Sequence record: SRR20825019_389
Direction: 5' to 3' (one strand)
Length of the DNA: 55,371 nucleotides
Shown here in pieces: positions 55,273 through 55,371 of the stretch. A model generated the notes under the pieces. It was not told the origin of the DNA. It searched no databases and was given only the letters and a program-made list of their open reading frames with translations. Within the stretch, counting starts at the first letter, position 1, and every line of letters starts with the position of its first letter. The translations under genes were made by a program, and so were the position numbers.

Positions 55273-55371
55273 ATGTCAACGAAAACTGTGCCTTACACGG
55301 CGTTTAAAGTAAAAGATATTACCCTTGCAGATTGGGGTAGAAAAGAAATTGAGCTTGCCGAAGCAGAAATG
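55273..55371 (+). CDS. ahcY: Adenosylhomocysteinase (3' partial)
   Basis: Hand translation MSTKTVPYTAFKVKDITLADWGRKEIELAEAEM matches the SAH hydrolase N-terminus. Confidence 0.9.
   Translation, partial: MSTKTVPYTAFKVKDITLADWGRKEIELAEAEM

Noticed and set aside
1-55371. CRISPR arrays, IS elements, prophage or defence systems
   Set aside because: No spaced direct repeats, transposase, integrase, phage or defence-type ORFs seen

Overview
AT-rich chromosomal window from a Flavobacteriaceae (Bacteroidota) bacterium, judged from TAnnTTTG promoters, T9SS C-terminal domains and DUF4296/DUF4271/DUF3098/DUF3127/DUF4301 genes. It is mostly core genome: rpsP-rimM, an Fe-S/ferredoxin operon, trmB, a PhoBR-like two-component system, tyrS, pyrC, hemD, pckA, leuS, ftsX-uppP-truB, tag, aat, greA, arfB, pnuC, pcrB and the start of ahcY. 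No rRNA, tRNA, CRISPR array, transposase or phage gene was seen. The most notable items are at small scale: (1) a TPP-like riboswitch whose pyrophosphate-sensing internal loop is collapsed, controlling a TonB-dependent receptor; (2) a REP-like repeat sitting in frame inside leuS, plus an AT-rich variable segment in the same gene; (3) an ECF-sigma module with a duplicated promoter motif and two small ORFs absent from the ORF track; (4) a self-contained sigma-54 module with a visible promoter and enhancer; (5) a pnuC / NadR-kinase / DUF4301 operon suggesting an uncharacterised vitamin salvage route; (6) PHO-box-like 11-bp repeats; (7) a greA leader with tandem terminators. All family calls come from motif recognition, not database searches.
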